Origin: Selaginella moellendorffii
Lineage: Eukaryota; Plantae; Lycopodiophyta
Length of the DNA: 64,000 nucleotides
Direction of reading: 5' to 3'
NCBI RefSeq assembly: GCF_000143415.4
Contig: NW_003314418.1
Location: forward strand, 62,001-126,000
Shown here one piece after another: positions 51,324 to 64,000 of this stretch; position 1 is the first letter of the stretch; every line of letters starts with the position of its first letter. Both the position numbers and the translations under genes were made by a program. The notes under the pieces were generated by a model. It worked only from the letters and a program-made list of their open reading frames with translations, did no database searches and was not told the DNA's origin.

Positions 51324-54169
51324 AATATATAGGTATAGACCAATAATTGATCGTACCTATAAAGTTTAAATGACATAATCTCTATGTATAAAATTGTCAT
51401 TGTCTATACCAAACAAAGTAATAAATATATAATATTTCTCTCACAATCTGATAATCAAAAGGCAATCTGAAAAGAAGTATTCACAAAATCTAAAATGAAA
51501 TTACAAGGCACTTGCTCGTAATATTTGTGATCTTAACCTCCTTTTAGAAAAGACTAAATCATTGCTCAATCAAGCTAAAAAAAAATTTGAAAGAGAGCGA
51601 GCTAAAAACATATTAAGTACACTTCAACGAAGAGGAGATCAAAAATCCAAATACGACTTTGATGGTCATTTAAAATATGTGAATCCATACACTACTCCTC
51701 TTTAGCAACATCAGCACATAGAAAATGCCTCTACTTCAATTGAGAGTAGTGGAACACAAAACAATTAGAGTGATTCCCCACGAGAGAAAAAAGTGTTAAA
51801 TTTATAACCCTTACCCTTTGACGGTAATCCAGATTCCCCTACAAATTAAACATTTGTTTTGCCTATATTATTTACAAAATAAAGCATTTTCTATCAAATT
51901 GCACTAAGCATAATAGCAATTGCAGGAACAACAATAGGCACCGTCATTACATATCCATCCTTTTCTGAAATTAAAAGAGAGGACCTACAACTACATATTA
52001 AGCAATATAGAAGCAATTAAGCTCAATCAAGCAGATAGGCAAAAAAAGAATTTTTCCCCTATACGCTCAAAAACAAAGTCAAAGATTGTTACTATGACAA
52101 TGATGTAAAAAATCTTGGCATATTTGATGAGTAGACAAAGTTTTTCCTAAAAGTTTTCTCCATAAAAACAAACCTAAAAGAAAATTTATGATGAGTTGCA
52201 AAAGCTTCATCAAAGAAAATTTGAGACAATCGAGGAATATACAACTCAATTTAACAAGAGTTATAAATATTAGTGCTAGATAAAATATGCCTATGCCTAT
52301 ACATATAGAGCCTCAAGAAAATTTATCATGAACATGTGATAAAGAGAGCTCATGTAGATTTCAATGATTTGAAAAAAGAAATGTTTGCTTACTAAGATAT
52401 TATAAAATAATATGACATAGTAGATATAGTGAAGTTAGACAAAAAGATAACTTCTATAGATAAGGAAACTAGTCGTTTAAGGAGTCTCAAATTGCAAACC
52501 AATCTCATATAAGGGATTTGGTGTACTAAATGCAAAAATAAAGGCCATAGCAAAGAAAAATGCAAAATTCAATTAATAAAGTGCTAATTTTGTGAAAAAT
52601 AAAGGCATTCAGATAAGGAGTGTAAAACCTTATTTAAACAATCAGGAAGCCAACAAGCAACCTAAGTTAATAAAACATCATGTAGGCAAAACTATCCATT
52701 TGATGATAAAAGTTATTGTAGAAAAAATGATTATAATGATAATCGAAGTGCCAAACGTGAATACTCATGTGTTAAAAGGTTAGATGACCATTAGGATTAT
52801 CCACCTAGGGGTAATTTTCAGTATTATCCACCTAGCCATGAGGAAAATAGGCCTAAAGAGTATAATCAACCTAGAGAATATGGTTAACTTAGAGGTTACA
52901 ATAGGCCTAGAGAATATAAAAGGCTAAAAGAGTATAATCAACCTAAAACTCTTATTTGCTATCTTATGCTAATACAATCAAACTGAATCATCAAGCAAAA
53001 ATGTTAGGCCTCATAAAGATACACAACCTGCAGCTAGGCACATTGAAGTAGTATGGTTAGATATAGAAAAGCTACCTCACTCTCTTTATCTTTGCCTTCA
53101 GATTCACCCCTTCTTCATTAGGCTCTAATCATGATATAGATGCTAAGTAGTAAAAATCATCCCCAACTCTCAATAGCACCAAAAGAAAAATATCAATACA
53201 GAAATCACTCAATAATTCCAAGACTTGTAACCACAAGTCGATTTAAAGAATGGTGATTTTAACACAAAGAATCTCACACCTTTACAAGCTGATACGAATT
53301 TATCATTAGCGCAAAAGGAAAATCCTATACTAAAGCTAGATGGCAAGGATGAAAAGAAGGCAGTGAAAAGCACTTTGAATGCCGGAATTACTCTTACTCT
53401 AAGCCAACTTTTCACTATAACACTTTACCTTAGAGCTACATTGTTTAGAGAGTTCTTGCCTAAGAAGGAAGAAATTTTAATCCCATTTATGGCCATTGTA
53501 ATTAAGTTAGAAGATTGTGATGATAAAGTTCCTACAATCGATATAAACATTGATAAGAATCTATTATGTGGAACTCTTATTGATAGTGGCTTAAGCATAA
53601 ATATTCTAGAAGAGAGTATTTGCAAAGAATTATTCCTAACCCCAATTCACAACCCATTTAATATACAAATAGCTGATAATTGAAGTATTAAGCCCATTGG
53701 AATTATTAGAAATGTCTTAACCAATGTGGTTGGCCTAAAATACAAACTTAATTTTGTCATGCTTAAAATAACCCAACAAGATTATGCCTACAAAACTCTA
53801 TAGACCTTGGATAAAAATTTCTTACACAAACCAAGACTGGAAAAATAGTTTCTTATATATAAAGCAAGGCAACCAAAAAAGGTATGTGCTCATTACTTCC
53901 ACCATACAATTGGAAAGAAAGATTGACCTCAAAACTCAATTTTATGATTGGGAGGAAGGCTTAGACGGTTTCCAAGAATAACAAATCTTAAAAGATTTCC
54001 CTGAAATTCAGCCAATTTCAGAAATTCATCTTTATTCAATACTTAAAAGAATACTTAGACAAGAAACCCCTAAACCAAAAATCAGTTCGGATATAAAAGA
54101 TTTTTCCTTAAAGAAGGATCCTGCTTATAAAATTGATCAACAGAGAAATTATGTTTTGCATGTTTCTTC

Positions 54170-56350
54170 TGATTGATCATTTGAGCAAATTAATTTAGTA
54201 GATCAACAGCACTTCAACCTCAACTGGTTCTAGCATCTGCTATAGATGGTGCAACACAGGTGAAATACTTTTATCAAGCTACTCACTTGCTTAAGGAGTG
54301 CATGTTAACTTTCAAGACGTAGTAGAAGGAATGCTCAAAGAATGGCATGACAACCTGGCTATAATGGCAGCTAACCGAACTAATGGGGACAAGAGAGTGA
54401 TTATGCATCTTGGTGATTGTCTCTGGAGACATCGTGATGAGGTATATACATGGTCACACATTGATGTTTCTCATAGTTTTAACTTGCAGATATGTGGAGC
54501 CCATATTTGCTATCTTGTTGCAAATGCTAGTTTTGAGCCTTTCTCCCCTTCTGCCAGACTTTGTCTTATAGGTGCCGACCATTGTAAGTATCCATGTACG
54601 TATGATAGTCCAGAAGCTATCCAGGTAAGCTGTGTTTGTCCTAACAATTGTTAACTTTTTCTTCATCAGCGAACAGAAGTGTATGAATTTGCAAGAGTGA
54701 CTGGCAATTCCCAGTTTATTTTACTTCCTTTCCAGCCATACAAGCTTATTTATGCATCGATNNNNNNNNNNNNNNNNNNNNNNNNNNNNNNNNNNNNNNN
54801 NNNNNNNNNNNNNNNNNNNNNNNNNNNNNNNNNNNNNNNNNNNNNNNNNNNNNNNNNNNNNNNNNNNNNNNNNNNNNNNNNNNNNNNNNNNNNNNNNNNN
54901 NNNNNNNNNNNNNNNNNNNNNNNNNNNNNNNNNNNNNNNNNNNNNNNNNNNNNNNNNNNNNNNNNNNNNNNNNNNNNNNNNNNNNNNNNNNNNNNNNNNN
55001 NNNNNNNNNNNNNNNNNNNNNNNNNNNNNNNNNNNNNNNNNNNNNNNNNNNNNNNNNNNNNNNNNNNNNNNNNNNNNNNNNNNNNNNNNNNNNNNNNNNN
55101 NNNNNNCTTTGCCCCCGAAAGCTTCTGATAATGCTGATATTAATAACCGTCCTGCAACAGCTTCTAGCAGAAGCAGTGTATCACTTGCCTCATCGGCATC
55201 AATGGAACCCATAAGTGATAATACGAGAAGATCCAACATGCCAGCAAGAAGCATTTCTGAGCCTGACTTTAGGCCTGCACAGGTAACTTGACTTGCTCTT
55301 GTGTACCTTCGATTAAGACTTGTATTCTTTCATCAGATCATTAGTCCAGCAAAAGGAACACCAAACAGAGGTGTCTTTACTTCTTTTATGCAAAGAGCGA
55401 TGGGCTTGATAAAAACACCTTCGAAGGAGGTTTGTAGAAGCTTTGGAAAGAGCACTAGCTGATTGATGGTTGGTACGTGATGCAGGCAAAGCTTGGTGAC
55501 AGCAACAAGTTCAGATAGGGTTGGAGAAGGAGCCGAGGCACAAGTGCCAGAGCTTCCGTTAGCTCCTCCTCCCACGGCAAACAAGCTCGTCTTGTGTGTG
55601 GAGGAGAATGGCGCTCCTATTTCCATGTCTCCGGAGAGACCACAGCCAACTCCAGAAAGGCCACAACCGGTTGTGAGTGGAATCCCACCAATGCCTCCGA
55701 GCAGTAACCAGTATGCAGCTCGCGCATGTCAAAACGTTAGATCAAGGTACCGTTTTGGTCATTCCCAGCACTCCAATCTCATGAGGTTTTTGCAGATATG
55801 TCGATACTTTCAACAAAGGTAGCATAACACCATCCAAGACATCATCAGACTCTCCTCCACTGTTTGGCGTGGTGCCAAAGGCAAGCGCAAAGCCTTTGGC
55901 TCCAGCGAGATTTTTCGTGCCTGCGGCTGCTGCTGCCGCTGCTCCAGATATCAACAGCAACCATTCGGTGGATCCTTCCTCAGCACCAGCCTTTGTCTCT
56001 GACACTGCATTCTCAAACGGGAATGGAGCATTCGCTCAGCCGGTTGTACAGGATATGAGAAACAATCCGGGGCCAATGCCTGATCATCTCTCGAGCAGCT
56101 CTTCACCAGCAATTTTCTATTCGAATCACTATCCAGCAGCACTGTCGACCGTCTCGTTGCTGCCACCTCCAGCTCTGGAAGTCACTCCACCAGTGATGGT
56201 CGAGCAGCAGCAGCAAAACCAACACCAGGAAAGTTCGATTCATCGGCACCACCATCAACAGTCCGGCACAGTGGGATTCGAAGCTGCCAGTTCCTCCGGA
56301 GTGTTTGCCACTTGCAAGAGGTGGAATTGTAAATCACACTCCACAAGTAA
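54170..56350 (+). pseudogene. SEC16: SEC16 3' half, 5'-truncated pseudogene with introns
   Basis: EWHDNLAIMAANRT..HLGDCLW, AHICYLV..ARLCLIGADH, GNSQFILLPFQPYKLIYA, SASMEPIS..RSISEPDF, AKLGDSNKF (following YYD..K stretch missing), GIPPMPPSSNQYAAR..VRSRY|VDTFN. Confidence 0.88.
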
Positions 56351-57232
56351 GTAGTAGTGACTGTTGCTGGGTGGATTTTGGTAGAGCAGTGTAGCAAAGT
56401 AGTAGTCGTGGAAGGAGGAATTTGGTTTGGCTGGGGTGATTCTTTGGAGCCCACAAGCGAAGCAAGGAAGCAAGATAAATAAAATGGATCAAACAATATA
56501 ATTCAGGAATTAAATTCTATAAAAAATTAAAATTTAAAATAAAAACAGTAAAATATAACATAGAATATAAATAGAATAAAATAGAGTAATAAACTACAAC
56601 ATATGCAGCATATACTCTTCAATAATAAATTTCAAGCCATGATTCTCATTATATAATCTTGTAAACAAATTTTCAATAAATACTAAAAAATTCTAGTTAT
56701 CTCATTTTTTGAAAAACATTTTTATGGAGTCTCTTCTTGAACTATATGACAACATTAAATATCTGTACTACATTATTTAATAATCCTGCCTAAATTCAAA
56801 CAAAACTGATACAAGCTATTAGTATCATAACACCACCCTTGCATTTCAAATTCTTTGTCAAGCTTGCATTTCAAATTTTCCCCCTCTTAGCCTTATGGTT
56901 TTTTCTTAGGTTTTATTATTTGGGTTCTCTAAGGTCGCCACTACTGGTTCATGGATCACATCTTAGGAGGCATTTTTGCTTCCTCTCTAGCACATCATAA
57001 GCACAAATCTCTCCCACACTGTTTTGGTTTGTTTATGGCCATGGTAAGTTTTTCTTTCCTCAAAACATATGGTTTCCATTATTATAAAGAATATACATTT
57101 GTACTTTAGTATTGCTTGGCGTGAGATTATATGATAGTGTAGTGTATTTACAAGAGAGTCATCCCATACTTGTGTATAGGCATGAGAGTGCATGCCTAGA
57201 AATCTCAAAACAAAAGAATAAAGATTTATAAG

Positions 57233-60200
57233 TGTAGTGCATGTGGTTTTAACTTTTTATCCTATAGTGATTTACCATAGGATAACCACAAAGTGGAACC
57301 TAAACCCTCCATATGCCACGTGTCCAAAGGACAGTGGTGTGGAACTCGAGTTTCAGGGCCTTGGGCCATTGAACGAAGGAATGGTGCCAAACTCCCAAGC
57401 ATGGAGCCAAAAAGCAATAGCACTGGAGCACAGAATGACTCCCGAGCATATAGCCCAAGGAGTGAAGGGACAGGAGCAGGGAACGACTTAAATCAGTCCT
57501 AGAGCAAAAAGCATCCCAATGCCAGGACTAACACGCAAAATGGAGCCAAATGGAGTCTAGTGCTATTTCGGCATATCGGTGGCCTAACATGAGGATATGG
57601 GTACTCCACCAGTTGGCATGGAATGGAACTTAAGGTTCGACATAAGCTGGACGTAGAACAAAGACAGACACATAAGCGGGAGCTAAACTATACCTCAGGT
57701 TGGTCTGCCATGCCCAACCTACCCACTATCCCTACTATACATTTAGAACCCCCATATCCCCCCCCCCCCCCCCCCCCCCCCTTGAGGAACATATGCTTTG
57801 GGCTTTCACCCCAAGCCTCCCTTAGTATCAGGAGTTAATCTCTGGGACAAACTTGAAACTTATTAAATATGGAATGTCTCTAGATTGCGAATTTGGACAT
57901 GAGACAAACACCATTGTGTTCAGAACAATCTCTACATTCCGTAGATATGCCAAATGAGCAAATCTAGACACTTTCCATAAATAGCATTTAGGACCAAAAT
58001 GAGACTAACACAAAGGGCATGATAGCGAGGGTATCTGGTAGACACAGTAAACTATCATTTAGCAATATTGAGGGACTAGTCTCAATATATGAGGGTTTTT
58101 GTCAAGCCAATGCAAAACAAAGCAAAAGAGAACTAAAAAGCCAGGCCAAGTATGCTTGGCTAAATAGACACTTAAGAAATTCTGTCCTTATGCTCATCTG
58201 GCCAAGTACATATGCAAAGTCCAGTTTACTAACACTTGAACAAGAGGGACTAATAAAGGGTCCAGCAATACCAACCTCCTACTATCGTGGCAATAAGGAA
58301 AGAGTGTTCGTAAGGACTATCTGACAGGTAACATTCGATACCCGAAGTCACATTTGCGACACTCTCCCCCCCTAGGGAAGATCGACGTCCTCGTCGATGC
58401 ATATTCGAATTTAGACCACCGCAAAAGAAACAACTCCAGAAAAAGTTCATGGTGATCACACTATGTGAGAAATGCACCAACTTAAATGAGTTAAGAGGCA
58501 ACCTCTTTGCCTAACACGGATGCACTACCAGCTCAGACACCTTTCGGTCATCGCCGACAAAGAAATGACCAATGGAGTTAGCCACCCTTGCTACTCTAGG
58601 TGTCACCCAGCTTACAAAAGTGTGATACGCCCTTGCCTGCAAGAACATAGAGAGAGAAGCTAGAGGCACCAACCCTCATGAACAAAGAAACCAAACTCGT
58701 CAGTAAGGTTTAGATAGACTACTATAAACAGGCAGTTATAGTTGTTTACACGGTCACGCCCTTTTAACGGAATAAAGAACATCGACAGAGAGGCGGGTGA
58801 TGTGACCAGTCGTCAATAGCTACCCCATGACTAAAGATTTCACCATGCACATGAAGTGCCGAAGCCAATCTGCTTATACTGACCCAAACTCAAAGATTAA
58901 TAGATGGACAATATCAAAGTTATAGACAATGATAGCTTAGAAACTTAATTATCAGTGAGTATATCTTAGATTAGAACATAAAAGTATTCTAAGTAATTTA
59001 TCATCTGATAAACTAGTATTATAGGATAGAAACCACCAAGAGCACTATAGTTGGAAAACATAGGATTTACTATCTAAAAAAATTCAATAATCAGTGTATC
59101 ATCAAGGAAACTTAATGATAAAATTTAACTATCAAATATTGTAGATAGCATGCTAAACAACTTACAAAAGATAATTGAAAGAACACAAAGTATCATGAAC
59201 CGACAAGCACAATGCTCACGAATGTATCACCCGAAGGAAATAACATCCTAATCTATCAGAACTAACTCGAGCAATAATCAATAAAACAGAATGAATGTGG
59301 GAAAACCAACAAACACTCATTCATGCTAACTATCGCACCAGCTAATTTGACTAAATCCTGATCAATAATACAAAGGAACTAGAGTTGTTTAAACAAGTGT
59401 TAACAATGTCCTACTAATGTTTCAAACCCAAAAGACCAATCCAAGGCAAACCACAAAGAACATGTGGTATTGTGAAAAGCCATAAACCATCAAAGAGAAC
59501 AACTAACTATCATGAAAGAACACCAATCATCCTATCAATGAAGATATGCATAATCATCGTCGAAAAAAGAATCTACCATCCCGAAGAACAGTGGATCATT
59601 CTATATCAACAATAATCAAGCAAAACCAGGATAATGAACTATCCTAAATGATAGTCAATCATCACCAATGATTGCTAGATGCAAAAATTAACTTCAATAT
59701 TGAAACTAACAAGCCAAAATGCCTTCCGCAACAACTTCTAACAAATAAAGCAATGAGTATAAAACTCAAAGAACCAAAAGCTTAAAAAAGTTTATAGCCA
59801 AGTCTTGCTTAATAATGATCACAAATCTTGCATGAACCAACTTCAATGCTAAAAATGAAATCATGGTACAACCCACAATATCCTCTTTAACACTTCTATA
59901 AGCTAAACTTCATAATGCCAAAGCTAATGAAGAGCATGTCTGCATCAATCCAAAAGCCAAACACAATGAAGTTATGCTCAACAAGTGATCATGAAACAAT
60001 CCTCCATAAATCCATTTATAGCAAGACGTAACTCACTTCATAATAAATACAAGAAAAATTATCAATGATCAATATATCTTAATTGAAATCCAACAAGGAT
60101 TCAATCACTTCAATATTGATCACTAACTCTTCTTTTTATAAAGATACCATAATCCACGACTAAATCACTTTTCAAGGAAAAGCTCAAAGTTCAACCCCTA

Positions 60201-63200
60201 CTAAATAATCTCATCTAGAACATAATTAACTTAAACTTGCCACTCAGTTCATTTGAACATTAATACAGTTGCTAACTAGCAAATGCACGAATGCCAATAA
60301 CATGAAACTATATGCAAATCATCAACACTATCTTCATCAAGACTAATGAAACTCAATATCAAGCCTTTTGAAGAGACATTTCATTTCACTCAAATCTTAA
60401 CATCAATAATGTCAATGACAAAGCATCACTTCAATGCCATCAACAACAAAGCTAGAAGAAAGCACGAGTGAATCACCACTCAAAGCTCTCTAGCATTTAA
60501 GCTAACCAAAGTCAAAGATACCTTAGTCAGTATCCGAGATTAATCCTCCAGCAAAACTCAGTTACAAATAACACTTCATCAAGGAATGAATCACCACATC
60601 CAAGACTCAATGAAATCTAACACTATGGACTAAACATAACTAAATGATATCAATAGAGGGAGACTTGACATGCCAACATGGAAAACCCATGTAAGTCTAA
60701 CGACACGATCCTCCACAACACCATTCTGGTAAAGCAAACTCATCACTGATAAATCTTTATTGAGTGAAGCAAGTTTCAACAGTCTTCGACAAAGTTTACA
60801 AGCAATCACTAGTCGCAAGCAACTAACAATCATTGTTTCAACTTGCCTTCACAAGACCCAACACTAAACTTATGCCATCAAGTCATATACTTGTCCAATA
60901 TGAATGTAATACCCCAGATATGAGATATTGGTTCATGAACAAGCACAAACTAAATGATCACTCGAATCCAACTCAGTCGCAATAAGTTCACCAACTTGTT
61001 TAGCCAATAGCTCTAAGCATGCCTTGAAGAGGCTAGCTATGTGTGATCAACATTTAGTCAAAACTAAAGTGAAAACCATGAGATGGACTCATATTGATAC
61101 ACAACCTCCTCATAGACAAAGCTATAATACAGGTACCAACATCTCAACCTCAAACAACTAAGTTGAATATCACTATCTTTAACCAAGGGATAGGGCTACC
61201 AAGCCAAGGTAAGATTAGTGAGAGTTCACTATTCTCATAGAGTATAACGAAATGCAAAGTGCAACCTACAACCAAACATAATACTATAGAAGAAAGGCAC
61301 AAAGGTCACCCTTCTTAGAAAAGCGCAATGGCCAATTTTTTACACCAACTCCAGACTCTATCCCACTCAATTGCTTTAGCCCCTAAAGTCAGGATCCCTT
61401 TTGGGCACATCATATAAACTACCTACTAAGGTCTAAACCATCTAAAGTCAATTCCAACCCCTTCACTAGTTTGTATTAGCTTACAAAAATAGAATGGTTT
61501 TCGAACAAAGTGATCAATAGATCAGCCATTGGAAAAGTTTAAAAAAATTTGGGGAAAATTTTCCATCCTAAAGAAAGAATGACTCTCAATCCAGAAATGC
61601 AAATTTTCAAGACTCAACCAACTTCTTCTTACCTACAATTTTACATAAGTTCACCTCAACACCAATTTTTATGACCCATAGTATACTTAAGCCTCGAATA
61701 TCTTTTGCCCACATTTCCAACATTTAACACCGAGATCCATAAATGCAAAATGAACATTTAAAGCTTGATCATGAAGACTATATCTTCAAATATCCACATC
61801 GCACTAACACTCTTCTTCAACCACCTTCAAGATCCAATGTGAAGCCAAAACATTAATAAGAAAAATGACATGGAAAATCAAGTTTTAAGGAAAATCTTCA
61901 TTACTTAAATTAACAATGCCACTTCCACTAACACAAGTGTTAACGATGTCAATGCCTCAACTACACACCTTCTCCATTCAACAATCTATTCCAAGTGCTA
62001 ACGGATTAACCAACAAGCTATAGCAAATGAATGCTATAACCCATTTTCCAACACCTTATGGGCAAACCCTCAAGGAAACAACATACCAACTCAAGCTTAA
62101 CATAATGGACCACCATCGAGAATGCAGTCAAAGCTACTATAATGCTACTATATGTAAGTAGACTAACTTTTCCATCAACCACTTTGGGGTTGATCATCAT
62201 TTAACCAAGCAACTTTGTAAACATATTGCTCATTATCACATGGATATGACATAAAATCACAATGACTTAATCATTAATCAAGCAACACCACAAGCAATGC
62301 CAATGTCACTACTACAAAGGTTTACATAAGTATCAAGTGTTAACTCGACTCGACAAAATGCAACATAAATGCCACACCCCACCAATAGAGACTTACAACA
62401 CTCAACACCACTAACTTTTATTCACAACACGAACAAACTCATGCCACTCCCTTTCCAACCAAACTTAAAACTAATCCAACACCAAGCTACTCAAGGAGCA
62501 ATAACAAGGTTCCTCGGAAAAGAATTAAGCATTGTAACATAAGTCTTCAATAGCAAGCCTAGACAAAATGGCTTAATGCTTCACCGCTATCCATCCCATG
62601 ACTCACCACTTACAAGACCGTCATTTCCAACATGCATCAAGGTAGGGACTCTTGATTGCATGATGTAAACACAAGCAATGAGTTGCACTTCATTGCAAAT
62701 CATTTCTCCAAGAGGAGAAAATGATTTACGTGTTTGATCTTTCGTCCTTGACGACTTTCTTTTCGGTTTCTACTTTGACCAAACCTCAAGCTTGCTTTTG
62801 CACTGCCTTCAGTCTAATCCAAGAAAATTTTATGAAAAAGCACAGTAAGTATTACCTGAACCAATAGACTAATCCCTATAATCTTGGTTGATCCACTTGT
62901 AATCATACCTAGGAAGGATCCACTAATGCCGTGCTAAACAACTATGGACCAGCCTATTTGCCACTCATAGCAAACCCAGGGAAGGTTTACTTTCACCTAT
63001 GGTACATGGAATAACTCATGGAACCACTGATAGGCTAACATTAATCTTGCCAACTCAAAGCATAACCTCGAGTTGCTAATGTGCTTCACTCACAAGCCCA
63101 AGCACAAACTCATGCAAACGGAACAACTCAGTCTATCCTATGAGCCCAAGAGCAAGCTCACATGATATTGTATAAAAAGGTAACCAAAATCCATAACCAA

Positions 63201-63640
63201 GGAACCAATGCGAAATCAATTTTAGCACCCAAATGTGTACTTACTCGGATTATCGTTTTCATCTCTGTGTATGCAACGAGATTAGTTGCCCAATCTCATT
63301 GAATACTACTCACTAAGACTCTTTCTCTGATACCAAATGTAGCGCATGTGGTTTTGACCCTTTATTCTATAGTGACTTCCCATAGCATAACCACGAAGTA
63401 GAACCTAAACCCTCCATATGCCACATGTCACATACCACATGTCCAAAGGACAGTGGTGTGGAACCTGAGTTTCAGAGCCTTAAGCCACTGAACGAAGGAA
63501 TAGTGTCAAACTCCCAAGTATGGAGCCAAGGAGTGACGGAACCAGTCCACAGAGCAACTCCTAAGCATACAACCCAAGGAGCGAAGGGACAGGAGCCCAG
63601 AGCAACTTAGAACAATCCTAGAGTAACTAGTGTCCCAATG
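57233..63640 (-). mobile_element. Family B LTR element, apparently non-autonomous (LARD-like)
   Basis: 3' LTR 57233-58361, PPT complement ctctccccccc at 58362, PBS complement tctgatacca at ~63326, 5' LTR from ~63338 interrupted at 63641. The ~5 kb interior has no recognisable gag/pol ORF. Confidence 0.8.
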
Positions 63641-64000
63641 TGTCACAAATGTGACTTCGGGTATCAAAAGTTACCTATCTACTAGTTCTTTTGGATATTC
63701 TTTCCTTACTACCACGACGGCAGGAGGTCAGTATTGCTGGATCCTTTATTAGTCTCCACCTAAGCTAGTTGAGAAACTGGTCATCACATGTGCACTTAGA
63801 CCGGAAGGGCACTAAGGAAGGAAATCCTACGTTATCATTTAGTCAAGCATATTTGACATGGTGATGAGAAAGGCATGTGTTACGTGGCATAAAGAGGGTT
63901 TAGGTTCCGCTTCGTGGTGTTATCCTATGGTAAATCACCATAGGATAAAGGGTAAAAACCACTTGCGCTACATTTGGTATCAGAGGATGAGTCTCAGTGA
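63641..64000 (+). mobile_element. Internally deleted family B LTR (63641-63972) plus PBS, inserted antisense in a family B LTR
   Basis: tgtcacaaatgtgacttcgg...gcgctaca followed by tt tggtatcagag. Confidence 0.8.

Larger units (their letters stand above)
48348..54761 (+). repeat. Segmental duplication, copy 2 (Harbinger end + Gypsy gag/PR remnant + SEC16 exons)
   Basis: Matches 3430-8508 directly and 14805-15624 in reverse complement. Confidence 0.9.

Noticed and set aside
9174-55291. ORFs containing X runs (9174, 11027-11074, 39005-39040, 54679-54752)
   Set aside because: They are artefacts of N gaps.
54170-56350. Functional SEC16 gene
   Set aside because: The 5' half is replaced by retroelement sequence and the conserved segment after AKLGDSNKF is deleted and frameshifted.

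Overview
This is eukaryotic land-plant DNA: AT-rich, packed with transposons, carrying CCCTAAA repeats and very short 45-55 bp GT-AG introns. No intact host gene is present. The window holds a decayed PIF/Harbinger element (1-3.7 kb), several nested Ty3/Gypsy retroelements and their solo-LTR/TRIM derivatives, two copies of a duplicated segment ending in SEC16 pseudogene exons, and a probable 7 kb inversion. The centrepiece is an ~18 kb cut-and-paste DNA transposon (27256-45367; 24-bp TIRs, AAGT target duplication) inserted in a Gypsy integrase gene. It encodes a Sola-like DDD transposase and, divergently, a multi-exon cargo gene that reconstructs as ParB/Srx-like domain + degenerate beta-class amino-methyltransferase fold + acidic linker + FCP1/NIF-type HAD phosphatase-like domain. 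Dozens of copies of a 22-bp palindrome (ATGGCRTG-N6-CAYGCCAT) lie inside the element and I did not see them in the flanks. All domain calls come from reading motifs by eye and need profile or structure searches to confirm.
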